Origin: Longimicrobiales bacterium
GTDB taxonomy: Bacteria > Gemmatimonadota > Gemmatimonadetes > Longimicrobiales > Gaopeijiaceae
Assembly: GCA_965116905.1 (NCBI GenBank)
Contig: OZ220732.1
Coordinates: 1,920,001 to 1,984,000 of the forward strand
Length of the DNA: 64,000 nt
Direction of reading: 5' to 3'
The notes beneath the pieces are model-generated. The model was not told the DNA's origin. It searched no databases and was given only the letters and a program-made list of their open reading frames with translations. The translations under genes were made by a program, and so were the position numbers. Shown here piece by piece: positions 61,664 to 64,000 of this stretch (its first letter is position 1; each line of letters begins with the position of its first letter).

Positions 61664-63052
61664 TCAAGCTGGCGCCTTCCGGAAGCGCCAGCCGTGCATG
61701 ATGCGCCCGTAGTAGTTGAACATCTGCCGCGCCTCGGGGTCGTTGAAGGGATAGTCGGCGCCCAGCTGCCGTGCGGCGCCCAGCCCGCTGACGAAGCAGG
61801 TCTCCTGGCTGTTGATCAGCGTATGGGCGCCGCAATGCCACGTACGCCGGCCGCCCTGAATGTACCGGAACAGGGGGACGAGCAGCGCAACGTGGCGCAC
61901 GTCATGAACGATGTGCTGAAACCACCACCTCCTGATGACCTTCTCTTCGTCGATCCGGCTGACCGGGTTGTAGGTGACCAGACAGGGCCTGTCCGACCGA
62001 TGGACCCAGGGCTGCTGGTTGTGCATGATGTACGTGATCTCGTAGTTGTCCGGACGGGCGCCGTACTGCTCGATGTGATTGCTCCGCGTCTCCAGCGGCT
62101 TCACCTCGTTGTCAGGGAGCACCGACGCGTCCGAGTGCACGACCGTGTGGTTGTGGAGTTCGCTCTCGTAGCGTATGGACGAGAGAACGTAGCGTTCCAG
62201 GAAGGTGGGTTTGTCCAGCATCATCAGCGTCTGGTTCGCGTTGCAGGCGAAGATGACCTCGTCAAAGGTCTCGCGAACGCCGTCTTCGTCCTCGACCACG
62301 ACGCCGGACGCGCGGCGATACACCTTCCGGACCGGCCGGTTGAGGTGGATCCGATCCCGGAAGCCGGCCGACAGGCACTCGTAGATCCGCCGGGTTCCCC
62401 CGTCCCACGTCTGCATCGGCGTCGCCACTTCGATATCGAAGAATTCCAGGTACCTCGAGAACAGCGACGCCGGCATGTCGAACACGTTGGTCGCCATCAG
62501 GAAGTTGACGAACATCGGCTTCAGGATCTTGTACCTGAATTCCCCGCCCAGACCGGCCAGGTTGAGGACCGTGCCCATGCTGACGTAGTTGAACGGGTTC
62601 AGGGCGTTCAGGAACTTCGAGCGGGCGCGGGTCAGTCCTCCGAACCAGTGCAGCCGCCTCAGGATCCGCTGGAACCTTGCGATCTCGGTCGCGAGCTGTC
62701 GCCTGATCTCGGAGTCGAAGTCGTGCGCGTACACCTGGCCGCGGTACCGGACGCTGTAGCTGAATCTGGTGTCCACCAGCTCGATCCCGTGCTTCTGCAT
62801 CAGCAGCAGGATGTGGTGATACACCGACGGGATGCACGCGGTGACCGAGATGTCGAAGGGGATCGAGGTGCCGTCGTCCTGGGGCATGTCGACGGTGATC
62901 GCGTTGCCGCCAACCTGCCCGTGGGCCTCGAAGAGCCGGAAGTCGAACCGGTCGGGGTGCCGGTGCAGCGCCCATGCGGCGCCCAGGCCCGAAACGCCGC
63001 CGCCGATGATCGCGACCCGCTGCCTTCCTTCCCGGTTGCTGTTTGTTGGCAT
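61664..63052 (-). CDS. FAD-dependent oxidoreductase (COG2907-like, amine oxidase/desaturase fold)
   Basis: VAIIGGGVSG, FEAHGQVGGNA, HSDASVLP, IQGGRRTWHCGA. Confidence 0.82.
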   Translation of the reverse strand: MPTNSNREGRQRVAIIGGGVSGLGAAWALHRHPDRFDFRLFEAHGQVGGNAITVDMPQDDGTSIPFDISVTACIPSVYHHILLLMQKHGIELVDTRFSYSVRYRGQVYAHDFDSEIRRQLATEIARFQRILRRLHWFGGLTRARSKFLNALNPFNYVSMGTVLNLAGLGGEFRYKILKPMFVNFLMATNVFDMPASLFSRYLEFFDIEVATPMQTWDGGTRRIYECLSAGFRDRIHLNRPVRKVYRRASGVVVEDEDGVRETFDEVIFACNANQTLMMLDKPTFLERYVLSSIRYESELHNHTVVHSDASVLPDNEVKPLETRSNHIEQYGARPDNYEITYIMHNQQPWVHRSDRPCLVTYNPVSRIDEEKVIRRWWFQHIVHDVRHVALLVPLFRYIQGGRRTWHCGAHTLINSQETCFVSGLGAARQLGADYPFNDPEARQMFNYYGRIMHGWRFRKAPA

Positions 63053-63260
63053 GGAGCGTCCGTTCTGCGCTGCCTGCGTTTCTTCGCTATTCGTGGGTAG
63101 AATTACGGTATTTCTACCCACTTGTAACAAAGATCGCCCGCCAACGTGCTCGTCTCCAGAGTGACCCACCTTGCCGGTCGCCCGTTGGAGACTTCGATTC
63201 AGCATCGGCGCCTGAGGTCGCCCCCGCGCCTGAAGTCGACTTTGTAGGAAGGACCGAGTG

Positions 63261-64000
63261 ATGAAGTTCTTGCGTTTTGCGATGTTGGCGGCGTTCGCGC
63301 CAGCTCTGGCGGCTCCGGCGTCGGGACTCGCTCAGGAGTCGGAGGGCGTCCAGGAGTTCGATCCGACGCTGGAGGAGTGGCAGGTGCCGTGGCTGGAGAG
63401 CCGGCCGCGCGATCCCTATGTGGCGCCGGACGGACGGGTCTGGTTTGTCGGACAGCGCTCCCACTATGCCGCGGTGCTCGACCCCGTGACCGGCGAATTC
63501 AGGAAGTACGACCTTCCCGACGGCGCAGGCCCGCACACGGTCGTGGTGGGCACGGACGGCATGGTCTGGTACACCGGAAACCGGGTGGGGAACATCGGCC
63601 GCATCGATCCCGCAACCGGCGACATCGAGATCTTCCCGATGCCCGACGAGCGCGCCCGCGACCCGCACACCTTCGCCTTCGACGCCGCCGGCGACCTCTG
63701 GTTCACCGTCCAGGGCGGCAACTTCGTCGGCAAGTTCTGGCGGGAGACGGGCGATGTGCGGCTGGTCGAGATGCCGGACAACCCCGAGGGGCGGGGCGGA
63801 TCGACGCGGCCCTACGGCCTCAAGATGGACTCCCGGGACCGGCCCTGGGCGACGCTGTTCGGCACGAACCAGCTGGTCATGGTCGATCCCGAGACGTTCG
63901 AGCCCACGTACTACGAGCTGCCCGACGGCGCGCGGCCCCGGCGGCTGGTCATCGACTCGCGCGATGTCGTCTGGTACGTGGACTACGCACGCGGGTACCT
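63261..64000 (+). CDS. secreted virginiamycin B lyase (Vgb)-like beta-propeller, partial
   Basis: AGGAAGG RBS; MKFLRFAMLAAF signal; RPRDPYVAPDGRVWF, GPHTVVV, IGRIDPATG, DPHTFAFD repeats; open at window end. Confidence 0.8.
   Translation, partial: MKFLRFAMLAAFAPALAAPASGLAQESEGVQEFDPTLEEWQVPWLESRPRDPYVAPDGRVWFVGQRSHYAAVLDPVTGEFRKYDLPDGAGPHTVVVGTDGMVWYTGNRVGNIGRIDPATGDIEIFPMPDERARDPHTFAFDAAGDLWFTVQGGNFVGKFWRETGDVRLVEMPDNPEGRGGSTRPYGLKMDSRDRPWATLFGTNQLVMVDPETFEPTYYELPDGARPRRLVIDSRDVVWYVDYARGY

Noticed and set aside
63261..64000. Vgb-like gene as an antibiotic-resistance determinant
   Set aside because: It has a signal peptide and belongs to a broad propeller family; the sequence is partial and streptogramin lyase activity cannot be supported.

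Overview
GC-rich bacterial chromosome segment. RpoA/SecA style, the many secreted beta-propeller lipoproteins and the gene content suggest Gemmatimonadota, possibly a host-associated lineage; this is inference only. Left to right: (1) 5' end of a probable AAA/DUF4143 ATPase, a secreted BNR/VPS10-type propeller protein, an acyl-CoA oxidase and purEK. (2) The str-S10-spc-alpha ribosomal superoperon (rpsL to rplQ), which lacks rpsN and infA at their usual positions. (3) Nucleotide-sugar enzymes, a TPR lipoprotein, bamD, nadD, secA, radC and a nagB-PIG-L fusion. (4) A LysW carrier-protein operon (lysW-lysX-lysY-[Ntn hydrolase]-lysZ-lysJ) with no lysK. A class II glutamine amidotransferase/EgtC-like gene sits inside it and is the best candidate for an undescribed non-orthologous replacement of LysK. 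(5) An accessory region with two (alpha/alpha)6-type glycoside hydrolases, a GPP34/GOLPH3-cytochrome P450 fusion, an orphan RND transporter, a sterol C24-methyltransferase-like gene, a Neverland/KshA-like Rieske oxygenase and an FAD oxidoreductase (together a possible sterol-remodelling set). It also holds a degenerate FitAB/VapBC toxin-antitoxin pair, a 5'-truncated DUF4143 ATPase and a partial Vgb-like propeller gene. No rRNA, tRNA, CRISPR array or transposase was recognised. All family calls come from motif recognition by eye, not database searches.
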